Shown: positions 1 through 9,887 of the stretch, piece by piece
Position numbering within the stretch: position 1 is the stretch's first letter
Layout: every line of letters starts with the position of its first letter
Position numbers and translations under genes: made by a program
Notes under the pieces: model-generated
The model's database searches: none
Told to the model about the DNA's origin: nothing
The model's input: the letters and a program-made list of their open reading frames with translations, nothing else
NCBI GenBank assembly: GCA_965116925.1
Contig: OZ220744.1
Coordinates: 2,016,001 to 2,080,000, forward strand
Source: Candidatus Poribacteria bacterium
GTDB taxonomy: Bacteria; Poribacteria; WGA-4E; PCPOR2b
Direction: 5' to 3'
DNA: 64,000 nucleotides

Positions 1-1113
1 CAAGCCTATGGTGCAAGAGATTCTGAAGAAAGTACCCTCATCCTGAAGCGGGGAGTGATGGTCGCACTACTGATTGCGCTGCTGCTCCTGCTTCTTCAAC
101 CGTTAATTGCAGCACTCAGTTTTTATCTAATGGACGCTGGTCCTGAAGTCGAAAAACTTGCGCGTTCCTATTTCCACATCCGCCTCTGTGCTGCGCCAGC
201 CACCTTAACCCTGCATGTCTTTCACGGCTGGTTTCTGGGTATGCAGAATGCCAAATATCCGATGCTCATCACCATCATGGTGAATCTTCTGAACCTTGCG
301 TTGAACTTCTTTTTTGTAAAGGTTCTAATGATGACCTCCGACGGTGTTGCCCTTGGAACGGTGATCGCCCAGTATCTTGGGTTGTTATGCACCATTGGCT
401 TATTTTTGAAGAGATATAGACATCTGTGGGATGGGTGGCATCTAAAAAGGGTGTTACATCTCCCAGCCCTGAAGCACTTTTTCAGAATAGGTGGTGATAT
501 CTTAATTCGCACGTTTGCCGTGCTTTTCTGCCATGCGTTTTTCACATCAAAGGCTGCGGCGCTGAGTGATACTGCACTTGCCATCAATACCATTCTGTTG
601 CAGTTTATCCATATCTTGGCGTATGGCATTGACGGTTTTGCTTTTGCGGCGGAAAGCCTAGTTGGCAGATACAAGGGAGCGCGGGAAATAGCTACCTTAA
701 AACGCGCAGTGCGATATTCGTTCTGGTGGGCACTTATCCTATCGGCGGGCTTCAGCTTGGTTTTTGGCTTGCTTGGGACGCATTTACTGTACCTTTTCAC
801 GGACAAAACTGATCTACTAGTCGGTGCCCGCCCCTACCTAATCTGGATTGCAATCGCACCGCCCATCAATTCTGTTGCATATATTTGGGATGGGGTTTTT
901 GTCGGGGCTACTGCCTCTGCCGCTATGCGAAACTCGATGCTAGCTTCGATGGTGGTCTTTCTGTTGGCATATTTCCTGTTGCAAGGATTGGGAAATCATG
1001 GACTTTGGATGACGTTGACGCTGTTTTCGATTGCACGCGGTGCAACGCTGACCTTTTTTGCACCCAAGCACATCTTTTCATTGAGTTTGCCGCAAAAACG
1101 GAAGTTGACATAA
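1..1113 (+). CDS. MATE family efflux transporter (DinF-like), 5' truncated by the window edge
   Basis: Frame is open from base 1. Many TM helices and MATE motifs (GWFLGMQN, DGVALGTVIAQY, DGFAFAAESLVG). Confidence 0.9.
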   Translation, partial: QAYGARDSEESTLILKRGVMVALLIALLLLLLQPLIAALSFYLMDAGPEVEKLARSYFHIRLCAAPATLTLHVFHGWFLGMQNAKYPMLITIMVNLLNLALNFFFVKVLMMTSDGVALGTVIAQYLGLLCTIGLFLKRYRHLWDGWHLKRVLHLPALKHFFRIGGDILIRTFAVLFCHAFFTSKAAALSDTALAINTILLQFIHILAYGIDGFAFAAESLVGRYKGAREIATLKRAVRYSFWWALILSAGFSLVFGLLGTHLLYLFTDKTDLLVGARPYLIWIAIAPPINSVAYIWDGVFVGATASAAMRNSMLASMVVFLLAYFLLQGLGNHGLWMTLTLFSIARGATLTFFAPKHIFSLSLPQKRKLT

Positions 1114-1151
1114 TAGAATAATTCGTATTGAGTAATACGTAAGAGACTATC

Positions 1152-1395
1152 TAGGTTCTGTTGACATTTCATCGTAACCAGACCATCAAGAGGGAGTACA
1201 AACGCACAATCCTTCGTAGGGGTTGGGTCTCCCAACCCTTTGTTCCCACGTCAGAGACCATTTCGGACTTTTGTACCACGATCTGTTAGATTGTGATCTT
1301 AGCCTGCAAACTAACAGTTCGCGCTACTTATGGCAGATTGCCTGATGCTTACAGCGTTTACCGAATGAGCGGCATCAAAATGTCAACACGCCCTA
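1152..1395. mobile_element. MITE-like element, family C, enclosing a GTAG-REP hairpin
   Basis: Left end TAGGTTCTGTTGACATTT vs reverse complement of right end TAGGGCGTGTTGACATTT (15/18 match). Internal GTAGGGGTTGGGTCTCCCAACCC at 1216-1238. No transposase. Confidence 0.65.
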
Positions 1396-1528
1396 CAAAA
1401 CTAGTGTCGTTTTGCAAGGACATTTCTTTACGAATCACGTTTTACGTATTATTTTCTTAAAAAAAACAGAATGATCATAAGGACTTGTTACCCTCAAAAT
1501 AACACATAATTTCTGGAGGACATTTACA

Positions 1529-2302
1529 GTGGTATTAAAAGACCGAGTTGCCATTGTCACCGGTGCGAGTTCTGGCATCGGACGAGGCATTGCAGTTGAG
1601 TTTGCTCGTGAGGGAGCTAAGGTCGTTGTTGCCGATGTTCAGGAGGTGCCCAAACGTGGCAAGTACCATGAGCAAGACACAACAACCCCAACGGTTGAGG
1701 AAATTGAGAGACTGGGTGCCCGAGGGTTGTTCGTTCAAACCGATATGTCGGATGACTCGCAGGTCGAACGACTGGTTCAGGAGGCAGTTGCACACTTTGG
1801 TGAGTTGGATATCCTTGTCAACAACGCTGGCATCCATATCCCCGGTACTAGCCAAGAAATTACGATAGCCGATTGGGACAAGGTGGTTGGTGTGAACCTG
1901 CGCGGCATTTTTGTAGCGACTAAACTCGCCATCCCTCACTTGACAAAATCGCAGTATGGGCGTATCATCCAAATCGCTTCTGTTCACGCTTTCGGTGGCG
2001 GAGGGGGTCCCGCTTACGCTTCGGCGAAAGCCGCCCTTGTCAACATGGTGCGTGACACCGCACTGGAGGTCGGAGGATACGGTGTTACCGTCAACGCAAT
2101 CTGCCCCGGCTATATTGAGACCGCCATCCAAGATTACTTGACACCGGAACAGATTCAGGAAGCAAGCGAAAGAACGGCGATGCCACGCTTTGGTTTGCCG
2201 CGAGACATCGGGCGGGCGTCGGTCTTTCTGGCATCGGATGATGCGGAGTGGATCACCGGTGCTTCGTTGCTGGTTGATGGAGGATATGTTGCCGCGCTTT
2301 AG
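1529..2302 (+). CDS. SDR family NAD(P)-dependent oxidoreductase
   Basis: TGASSGIG, NNAG, YASAK, NAICPG motifs. Confidence 0.95.
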   Translation: MVLKDRVAIVTGASSGIGRGIAVEFAREGAKVVVADVQEVPKRGKYHEQDTTTPTVEEIERLGARGLFVQTDMSDDSQVERLVQEAVAHFGELDILVNNAGIHIPGTSQEITIADWDKVVGVNLRGIFVATKLAIPHLTKSQYGRIIQIASVHAFGGGGGPAYASAKAALVNMVRDTALEVGGYGVTVNAICPGYIETAIQDYLTPEQIQEASERTAMPRFGLPRDIGRASVFLASDDAEWITGASLLVDGGYVAAL

Positions 2303-2413
2303 CAGTGCACAGAGAAACCGAGTTTTTTCTTGGAAACTTGGTTTCTGTTATACAATTTCCTGACATGAGCCACACTTTTTATGCCGTAAATCAAACTGAA
2401 AAAGGAGAACTTC

Positions 2414-3487
2414 ATGAGTCAAAAAACGTATCGTGCTGCTGCGATTGGACATACTGGTGCCGGAAACTATGGACACGGACTTCACTTGCCGTTTCAGGAG
2501 TTGGATAACATCGAGTTTGTTGCCATCGCTGATCCAGATGAAGCAGGACGGGGTGAGGAGATGGAAAAGACAGGCGTAGAGCGTGGTTACGCCGATTACC
2601 GTGAAATGTTGGACAAAGAGGAGTTGGACATTGTCAGTGTTGGACCTCGCTGGACGACTGACCACCTTGAGATGCTGTTGGCATGTATCAACGCCGGTTG
2701 CCACATCTACAGTGAAAAACCGATGACCGCAACCCTCGCCGAGGGCGATCAGATTGTGGAAGCGGCAAATCAGACAGGGAAGAAAGTCGCTGTTGCACAT
2801 CAAGCAGTCTATCTGCCCTCAATCCAAGCGGTCAAAGGGATGCTGCACGACGGAACGATCGGAACAGTTCAAGCGATTCACGCACACGGCAAACAGGATC
2901 GGCGCGGCGGTGGTGAAGATATGATTGTGCTCGGCACGCACCTTTTCAATATGATGCGCTTTTTCGTCGGAGATGTTGCATGGATGCAGGCGCATGTCAC
3001 CGAAAATGGGAAAGAGGTCACAATTGACGATGCACGTGATGCGACCGAGCCTGTGGGCCTTATCGCTGGCGATTGCGTCAACAGTTACTTCGCTTTTGAG
3101 AGCGGTGTGTCTGGATTGTTTGATTCCCGCAAACACGAAGTAAGCGGTGATTACTACGGAATGGAGATTATCGGCGACGAAGGCAGGATATCTATGCGCG
3201 GCGGCGGCGGGGACAATCTAGTTATCTATCCGCATCCGTGCTGGTCCCCGGCTGATACCTCTCAGAAATGGGAAACGATGGAGGTTGATGACACACCTTT
3301 TTCTAGCGGTAATAACCTTGCAGTCATCGATCTGATTGATGCGATTGAAAATGATCGCAAGCCGATTTCCGCTGCGGAAGATGCGGTTGCAGCGTTGGAG
3401 ATGATTCTCGGTGCCTACGAATCGCAACTTACAGGAGAGCGTGTTTCGTTCCCTATTGCCAATAGGAAGCATCCGCTTAAAGGATAA
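2414..3487 (+). CDS. Gfo/Idh/MocA family oxidoreductase
   Basis: Rossmann N-terminus, EKP motif, GGGEDMIVLGTH; RBS AAGGAG. Confidence 0.92.
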   Translation: MSQKTYRAAAIGHTGAGNYGHGLHLPFQELDNIEFVAIADPDEAGRGEEMEKTGVERGYADYREMLDKEELDIVSVGPRWTTDHLEMLLACINAGCHIYSEKPMTATLAEGDQIVEAANQTGKKVAVAHQAVYLPSIQAVKGMLHDGTIGTVQAIHAHGKQDRRGGGEDMIVLGTHLFNMMRFFVGDVAWMQAHVTENGKEVTIDDARDATEPVGLIAGDCVNSYFAFESGVSGLFDSRKHEVSGDYYGMEIIGDEGRISMRGGGGDNLVIYPHPCWSPADTSQKWETMEVDDTPFSSGNNLAVIDLIDAIENDRKPISAAEDAVAALEMILGAYESQLTGERVSFPIANRKHPLKG

Positions 3488-3492
3488 TCGCT

Positions 3493-3785
3493 AAGAAACC
3501 GCGCTATTGGCAAACTATCCGAATCCATTTAACCCGGAGACATGGATACCGTATCAATTAGCGGAGTCAGCAGAGGTCACACTGACAATTTACGATATGA
3601 ATGGGGAGATGGTTCGACGATTGGCGGTAGGACATCAAGCAGCAGGTATGTATCAGAGTCGCAGCCGTGCAGCCTATTGGGACGGACGGAATCAAATCGG
3701 TGAGTCTGTCGCCAGTGGTCTCTATTTTTACACCCTGACGGCAGGAGAGTTCACAGCGACGCGCCGGCTGCTGATACTCAAATAG
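3493..3785 (+). pseudogene. Orphan C-terminal secretion/sorting (FlgD-Ig/T9SS-CTD-like) domain fragment
   Basis: Reads ETALLANYPNPFNPETWIPYQL...WDGRN...SGLYFYTL...RRLLILK*. No signal peptide, passenger domain or clear RBS. Confidence 0.7.
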
Positions 3786-4001
3786 TATCAAATGACCCGA
3801 TGATGGTTGGAATAGTGATGTTTATTGCCTTACAGTCATCAGACATGAGCGGTTCGGGTGGATTGAGCGAGCTCATCCTTATCCTCAGAAGCGAGGTAGG
3901 TTAGAATGACCAGCTTCATGTGAGTTGTGACGATAGACTTTCCTTTTTTCGGATATTCATCAGTTGTCCATAACTGAGCATGAGTTGATAAGGTGCTAGG
4001 G

Positions 4002-4327
4002 ATGAACATTCACGACAGCGGATATAAGAAACTATTCTCAAAGAGGTGAAGACGATGTTAGTCACAGCATTAGAGCAGGAGAGGCAGCGTTTTTTTCAAA
4101 ACGGTTTGCGTGAGGGTGAGCAGAAAGGCAAGCAGGAAGGGCTGCTTGAAGGTGAGCAGGCAGGCAAGCAGGAAGGGCTGCTTGAAGGTGAGCAGAAAGG
4201 GAGGATTGAAACGGCAAAGGCAATGCTTGCTAAGGGAATGGAGATGACGCTCATTTCTGAAATCACAAACCTGTCAGAAGCACAACTTTTGGAGTTGAGA
4301 GATTCACTTTTCTCGATAAAAAATTGA
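4002..4327 (+). pseudogene. Internally deleted Rpn/YhgA-like PD-(D/E)XK nuclease gene retaining an RpnS-like C-terminal ORF (4055-4327)
   Basis: 4002-4049 encodes MNIHDSGYKKLFSKR* (Rpn-type N-terminus). GAGGTG RBS and ATG 4055 open an E/Q/G-rich repeat plus the AKAMLAKGMEMTLISEITNLS tail. Confidence 0.75.
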
Positions 4328-4690
4328 AAACAGTGTTAATCACCACTTTCAACGTTGCTTTGGGTCGTGAGACGGTGCACAGCTTCCTGTCTATCATATC
4401 AGAAAACAGTCTTTACCGCTCCCAAACACGGAAGCCAATCAGTACGGCTTGAACACCTTTGTTTGGGCAATAAATCTAAGCAATTCTGTACTTTCTTTCA
4501 ACATGAACCTTTCGTTTAACTCGTGGGGTCATTTGATACAAACTATAAGTAAAATTGATTCATTGGTGCGTTCAACGGATGAACCTTCACGCATCACGTT
4601 TCAGATACACATATCGCCCCACCTCAATTTTATCGGGATTGCTTTGGATCCTGAAGTGTAGCGGAACATATAGGGGATTTTCGGGGCAAG

Positions 4691-4723
4691 AATCCGTGTA
4701 ATCCGCTCAATCCGCCGAATCCG
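4691..4723. repeat. 9-bp period tandem repeat, AATCCG core x4
   Basis: AATCCG at 4691, 4700, 4709 and 4718. Confidence 0.8.
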
Positions 4724-4802
4724 CGATTCAGATGGCTTTGCAGCCCGACACAACATCGGGGCAATACAGATGCGATTGCCCTAATGTGGATTGTGTTTGA
4801 TA

Positions 4803-4831
4803 TTGACGTAACTCGTTTTTCGTGTTAGAAT
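4803..4831 (+). promoter_or_regulatory. Sigma70-type promoter for the nfeD-floA operon
   Basis: TTGACG-17 bp-TAGAAT with a TG extension. Confidence 0.6.
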
Positions 4832-4937
4832 GAGAAGGTAGACCATCCCGTAGCTAAGTTATTGTGTTGCCTCACAAAATTGCATGGCTTGTAAACCATC
4901 TGAATGCTTTAGTGGTTTCTCCAAAGGGGTACAACCT

Positions 4938-6455
4938 ATGAAATCCAAAAGACGCATTTTCAGCGTTGTGTTGATACTACTTGGCAGCCTGTCTTGGTTG
5001 GCAGCCGTATCGTCGGATGACGCGCTTGTGTACGTTATTAATATACGGAATGAGATCGGGAACGGACTTCGCGTGTATATTGACAACGGGATTAAGCGGG
5101 CATCGGAGGCGAACGCGGACGCAATTATTTTTGATGTTCATACACCCGGAGGTGCTGTCGGTGCCGCGCGAGATATTATTGATGCAATCCAACGCACAGA
5201 GCTTCCGACGATTGCTTACGTCAACACGGAAGCGATCTCCGCCGGGGCAATGATTTCCTTGTCGTGTGACCAGATTATCATGAGGAACGGCGGTGCCATT
5301 GGAGATTCCGCGCCAGTCTCAATTCAAGGGGAAGAACTGAATGAAAAGGCGGTTTCTTTTATCCGTGGCAAGATTCGTGCAACAGCGGAACGGAGTGGCA
5401 GAAACCCTGACATCGCCGCTGCTATGGTAGACAAACGACTCTATCTCGTTAGACTCATGGATGGCGAAATTGTTACGCTCAGAGAGGAAGAGTATATCGA
5501 ACGGAAGGACCTTGGGGAGGAGATGGACATTATCGCCGCTGGGGGACCTGAGGGAGAGCTCCTAACCTTAACGACTGAAGAAGCGTTGGAGTATAATCTG
5601 GTGGATGGCGAAGCAGATTCCGTTGAGGATCTATTGGGCTTGTATCAGATTGTCGAAGTCAATGGGGAGCGCAAAGCCTTGACGGTAGAGGGAATCGCGC
5701 AGAAGCAGATGGAGTTTGGTAATGATAATGTTAGAGTAATTAAGTCCCTAAAAGACGCAACACAGGAAACCGTTTTGGTTACTGTGGCAGACCGGTTTGT
5801 CTTCTTCGTTACCAGCCCACTTATTAGCGGGCTACTGCTTACATTGGGCGGACTCGGACTATTTGTGGAAATTCGGACGCCCGGCTTTGGTGTTCCGGGG
5901 ATCGCTGGACTTATCTGCCTCGGGCTGTTTTTCTGGGGTCACAGGCTCCTGAATATTAGTGCGGATTATGCAGCACTCGCATTCATCGTTGGCGTGGCAC
6001 TACTTCTGGTAGAGTTGTTTGTTATACCGGGGTTTGGCATCGCAGGTATCGCTGGCATTGGACTGATGTTGGGCAGCGTCTTTTTTGTATTCCGAAGTGC
6101 TTATAAATTCGAGACCGCAATGTTTACAATGTCATCCGCGATTATCCTTGCCTTCGTGCTTGCAATTGGGCTTTCTTACCTGCTGCCCAAAACCCGCGCA
6201 TGGAATCATCTCGTCTTGAGCACCGCCATGGATTCGGGCTCGGGGTTTCATTCCGCACCACGGGAAGATTTTCAGGTATACGTGGGTAAGACAGGGGTCG
6301 CGCTTACACCATTACGTCCTGCCGGTACGGTTCGTGTTGACGACACACGACTCGATGTAGTCACTGCCGGAGATTTTATCGTGCGCGACACGCCTGTGAA
6401 GATCATCAATGTCGAAGGCTCGAAAATATTCGTCGAAGCGATTGATGAAACATAG
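4938..6455 (+). CDS. nfeD: Long NfeD (ClpP-class membrane serine protease, YqeZ-like)
   Basis: Signal peptide, HTPGG, AISAGAMI, EIRTPGFG TM region, C-terminal OB fold TPLRPAGT. Start placed at ATG 4938 rather than 4884. Confidence 0.88.
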   Translation: MKSKRRIFSVVLILLGSLSWLAAVSSDDALVYVINIRNEIGNGLRVYIDNGIKRASEANADAIIFDVHTPGGAVGAARDIIDAIQRTELPTIAYVNTEAISAGAMISLSCDQIIMRNGGAIGDSAPVSIQGEELNEKAVSFIRGKIRATAERSGRNPDIAAAMVDKRLYLVRLMDGEIVTLREEEYIERKDLGEEMDIIAAGGPEGELLTLTTEEALEYNLVDGEADSVEDLLGLYQIVEVNGERKALTVEGIAQKQMEFGNDNVRVIKSLKDATQETVLVTVADRFVFFVTSPLISGLLLTLGGLGLFVEIRTPGFGVPGIAGLICLGLFFWGHRLLNISADYAALAFIVGVALLLVELFVIPGFGIAGIAGIGLMLGSVFFVFRSAYKFETAMFTMSSAIILAFVLAIGLSYLLPKTRAWNHLVLSTAMDSGSGFHSAPREDFQVYVGKTGVALTPLRPAGTVRVDDTRLDVVTAGDFIVRDTPVKIINVEGSKIFVEAIDET

Positions 6456-6471
6456 GGTATTACCTAATCCC

Positions 6472-6954
6472 ATGTCATGGTTTCTAATCTTTCTTATCGG
6501 CCTAGGGGTTCTACTGCTTTTCATTGAGATTGCTTTGCTGCCCGGCTTTGGAGCGGCGGGTATCCCTGGATTAGTGCTAATTGTCGGAGGTGTCGGGCTC
6601 GCGTGGGTGCAGTTTGGATTGAGAACCGGGTTAATTTTTGCGAGTGCTACGGTTGCGTTGACCATTCCACTGACGATTCTGGCACTTTGGCTTTTCCGAC
6701 GTACCAGGCTTGGATCGGCATTTATCCTCAATATCGCCGCCAATCGTGCGGATGGGTTTCAAGCACCACCCCAAGAATTAGTCAACTTGGTCGGTAAATC
6801 GGGCCAATCGATCACTCCCCTACGCCCTGCCGGTACTGCGTTGATTAACGATCAGCGGGTTGATGTCGTTACACTCGGTGATTTCATAGATGCCGAGATT
6901 GAAATTGAAGTGATTCTCGTTGAAGGAAATCGTGTTGTCGTTCGGAGTTTGTAA
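6472..6954 (+). CDS. Short NfeD family protein
   Basis: TM region EIALLPGFG plus OB fold ITPLRPAGT...VDVVTLG. Start placed at ATG 6472. Confidence 0.85.
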   Translation: MSWFLIFLIGLGVLLLFIEIALLPGFGAAGIPGLVLIVGGVGLAWVQFGLRTGLIFASATVALTIPLTILALWLFRRTRLGSAFILNIAANRADGFQAPPQELVNLVGKSGQSITPLRPAGTALINDQRVDVVTLGDFIDAEIEIEVILVEGNRVVVRSL

Positions 6955-6967
6955 AAATAGATAGGTT

Positions 6968-7079
6968 AGGACTTACGCAGTTGGCTGTAGGCGGGGCATC
7001 TGGTTTCCCTGCACTGACGCAACCGGCTGTAGGCGGGGCATCTTGCCCCGCTCCCCTTATGCTGAAATGCGTAAGTCCT
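6968..7079. mobile_element. MITE-like element, family B, enclosing two GTAG-REPs
   Basis: Perfect 12-bp TIR AGGACTTACGCA/TGCGTAAGTCCT. Internal GTAGGCGGGGCATC at 6987 and 7029. Confidence 0.75.
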
Positions 7080-7108
7080 GTAGGTAAGATAAAAAAAGGA
7101 GGTCAAGA

Positions 7109-8011
7109 ATGGCTCCAGAACAGATGTCTCTCCTGTTTCTTGCTATTGTAATCATCGTTGGGCTGCTAGTTATCTTCTGGGTTGTGCCTGTCGGGTTATG
7201 GATTGCTGCTATTTTCGCGGGTGTACGGGTCCGCATTATCGAGTTGATTGGTATGCGTCTCCGGCGGGTCAGTCCGCCGGTGATCGTGAATGCACAGATC
7301 AGTGCCCATAAAGCAGGATTGACCCTTGATATGGAACGATTGGAAGCGCACTACCTCGCGCGTGGCAATGTCATTCGTGTAGTTAACGCCTTGATTGCCG
7401 CCGACAAGGCAAAGATAGATCTCGGTCTTCAGCAAGCAACTGCGATTGATTTAGCAGGACGCGACGTGCTTGATGCCGTTCAGGTGAGCGTGAATCCCCG
7501 CGTCATTACAACGCCCAAGATTACGGCGGTCGCGCTTGATGGGGTTCAGCTCATTGCTACAGTACGGATCACCGTGAGAGCAAACATCAACCGACTTGTC
7601 GGGGGGGCCGGTGAGGAGACGATTATCGCACGCGTTGGTGAGGGAATCGTTAGCGCGATTGGTGCTTCAGAGACGTACGAGGATGTTCTGGAGAATCCCG
7701 ACATCATCTCAAGAACTGTGTTAAATCGAGGTCTTGATTCAGGAACAGCCTTTGATATTCTCTCCATTGATATCGCCGATGTGAATGTTGGGAAAAACAT
7801 CGGTGCCGAACTACAAGCAGAGCAAGCGGAGGCAGACCTCGTTGTTGCACAAGCCAAAGCGGAGGAACGTCGTGCCATGGCGGTTGCACGCAAACAGGAG
7901 ATGACAGCGAACGTACAAGAGATGCGTTCTAGAGTTGTTGAAGCGGAAGCGGGGGTTCCCCGCGCAATTGCCGGTGCATTTCGAGACGGAAATCTAATCG
8001 GTCAGAATTAA
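7109..8011 (+). CDS. floA: Flotillin-like protein FloA/YqfA, copy 1 (shorter C-terminus)
   Basis: [46 protein letters not shown]. Confidence 0.9.
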   Translation: MAPEQMSLLFLAIVIIVGLLVIFWVVPVGLWIAAIFAGVRVRIIELIGMRLRRVSPPVIVNAQISAHKAGLTLDMERLEAHYLARGNVIRVVNALIAADKAKIDLGLQQATAIDLAGRDVLDAVQVSVNPRVITTPKITAVALDGVQLIATVRITVRANINRLVGGAGEETIIARVGEGIVSAIGASETYEDVLENPDIISRTVLNRGLDSGTAFDILSIDIADVNVGKNIGAELQAEQAEADLVVAQAKAEERRAMAVARKQEMTANVQEMRSRVVEAEAGVPRAIAGAFRDGNLIGQN

Positions 8012-8065
8012 GAGTTCGTACCGATAAGTCGGGATTTACATGCTAATTCCCAAAGGAGGTTTCAG

Positions 8066-9091
8066 ATGGCTATTCCATACATCATTCCAGCGATTCTTGT
8101 AATCATTTTTGTACTCTGGTTGGCTTGGTTCGTGCCGCTAGGACTCTGGATTGCCGCCCTTGCAGCAGGGGTGCGTATCCGAATTTTCGGCGATCTCGTC
8201 GCAATGCGTCTGCGGCGGGTTCCCCCTAAGGCGATTGTGGAGCCCCAAATCGAGGCAACCAAGGCTGGGCTGCAGCTCAGAGTTGATAACCTTGAGGCAC
8301 ATTTTCTCGCCGGAGGCAATGTGACAGACGTTGTGCGTGCACTTATTGCTGCGGATAAAGCGAACATCAAGTTGGACTTTGCCCAAGCCGCTGCGATTGA
8401 TCTGGCAGGCAGAGATGTATTACAGGCGGTACAGATGAGCGTCAATCCACAGATTATTGATGTCCCTGCTAAAGGCGACGTTAGCCCCGGCATTACTGCT
8501 GTTGCACGCGATGGGATTCAACTGATCGCCAGAGCCAGAGTCACGGTGCGAGCCAATATTGATAGACTCGTCGGTGGGGCGGGAGAAGCAACTGTTATCG
8601 CACGGGTCGGTGAGGGGATCATTACAACGATCGGTTCATCCGCGAGCCACAAAGCGGTCTTGGAAAATCCTGCACAGATTTCGGAAGTCGTACTAGAAAA
8701 GGGTTTGGCAGCGGGCACAGCTTTTGAAATCCTGTCCATTGATATTGCAGACATCGATATCGGCGAAAATGTGGGTGCCAAGCTCCAAACGGATCAAGCC
8801 CAAGCGGAGTTGAAAATCGCCCGCGCTAAAGCGGAGGAACGACGCGCCCTCGCCCAAGCACAAGAAGAAGAAAATAAAGCGTTGGTTGAAGAGATGACCG
8901 TAAATCTTGTTGAGGCGGACGCCGAGGTGCCTCGCGCAATTGCGGATTCCTTCAACTCTGGCCAGATCAGCGTAATGGACTACTACAATCTGCGGAATGT
9001 CATTGCGGATACGGAAATGCGCCAATCGATTGCAGCTCCTACCGGTGATGGAAGCACAACCCGTTCATCCCATGCGGTAGGTTTGTCGTAG
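8066..9091 (+). CDS. floA: Flotillin-like protein FloA/YqfA, copy 2
   Basis: Same motifs plus the C-terminal [20 protein letters not shown]. Confidence 0.92.
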   Translation: MAIPYIIPAILVIIFVLWLAWFVPLGLWIAALAAGVRIRIFGDLVAMRLRRVPPKAIVEPQIEATKAGLQLRVDNLEAHFLAGGNVTDVVRALIAADKANIKLDFAQAAAIDLAGRDVLQAVQMSVNPQIIDVPAKGDVSPGITAVARDGIQLIARARVTVRANIDRLVGGAGEATVIARVGEGIITTIGSSASHKAVLENPAQISEVVLEKGLAAGTAFEILSIDIADIDIGENVGAKLQTDQAQAELKIARAKAEERRALAQAQEEENKALVEEMTVNLVEADAEVPRAIADSFNSGQISVMDYYNLRNVIADTEMRQSIAAPTGDGSTTRSSHAVGLS

Positions 9092-9096
9092 GAAAT

Positions 9097-9202
9097 TATA
9101 GTGAATTCAAAAAATAAACAGACACTTGCGCCCTCCACCTGGTAGGCGCTGTTTCCAACTGCGCCGATTTGGAGTGTCTCATTAATTCTAAAATCTATTA
9201 TA
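9097..9202 (+). mobile_element. Correia-like MITE, family A (106 bp), one internal REP
   Basis: Ends TATAGTGAATTCAAAAAATAAA...TTAATTCTAAAATCTATTATA. Internal GTAGGCGCTGTTTCCAACTGCGCC. Confidence 0.8.
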
Positions 9203-9227
9203 GGACGGCTGCAAAAAGGGGATACCG

Positions 9228-9623
9228 ATGGAAGAATGGATTCAACTAATTCTTTTTCTAATTTTTGGGGCTGTGGCACTGATCTCAAGGGTGTTGAGTC
9301 GGAGGGGATCGAAAGAAGAGCCTGACGTTCTACCGGAAGAAGAGGAAGTAACTTTACCGCCTTGGGGAAACGTGCCAATGGAGGAAGAGGAGTTCCCGCT
9401 GCCTGAGTTCGTTGAGGAAGAGGCAACACCCGCCGTTCCATCAGAGCCCCCGCCTGTCGCTGAGGTTGCTACAGAGCGACCGCCAGTAGAAGAGGAGGCT
9501 CAATCCCCTCCTCCTATACCAACAATTGCAGGCATCCCATTGACACCTCAGACGTTTCGAGAAGGGATTATCCTTGCCGAGATACTACGTCCTCCCAAAT
9601 CGCTCCGTGAACCTCGTCAGTAG
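9228..9623 (+). CDS. YqfB-like membrane protein, Glu/Pro-rich
   Basis: N-terminal TM, acidic linker, C-terminal GIILAEILRPPKSLR; lies downstream of floA. Confidence 0.7.
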   Translation: MEEWIQLILFLIFGAVALISRVLSRRGSKEEPDVLPEEEEVTLPPWGNVPMEEEEFPLPEFVEEEATPAVPSEPPPVAEVATERPPVEEEAQSPPPIPTIAGIPLTPQTFREGIILAEILRPPKSLREPRQ

Positions 9624-9625
9624 AT

Positions 9626-9714
9626 TATGGTGAATTTGAACTTTCGCCCCCCGGTAGGTGCGGTTTCTAACCGCACCGGTTTGCAGGGTCTCATTAATTC
9701 TAAGATCCACTACA
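9626..9714 (+). mobile_element. Family A MITE variant (89 bp) with a different REP
   Basis: TATGGTGAATT...ATTAATTCTAAGATCCACTACA enclosing GTAGGTGCGGTTTCTAACCGCACC. Confidence 0.7.
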
Positions 9715-9872
9715 GTAGTAGGCATACTCCGTATGCCGTAAACCGCACACAACCCATAGGTCAGGCACCTTGACCAACCCTGCCGTGCGGTTCAATACCA
9801 AATAATAGTAGGCATACTCCGTATGCCGTAACCTGCACACACCCGTAGGTCGAGATTCATATCTCGACCTAC
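9715..9872. repeat. Cluster of free GTAG-REP hairpins
   Basis: GTAGGCATACTCCGTATGCC twice and GTAGGTCGAGATTCATATCTCGACCTAC, between convergent genes. Confidence 0.8.
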
Positions 9873-9887
9873 ACATGTCAACAGTAC

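Noticed and set aside
4330..4680. AT-rich stretch with a 70-aa ORF, possibly a decayed gene
   Set aside because: No recognisable motif in the frames read; no call can be supported.
9715..9872. Repeat-spacer-repeat pattern resembling a mini CRISPR
   Set aside because: Only two copies about 90 bp apart, GTAG-hairpin type; better explained as REPs.
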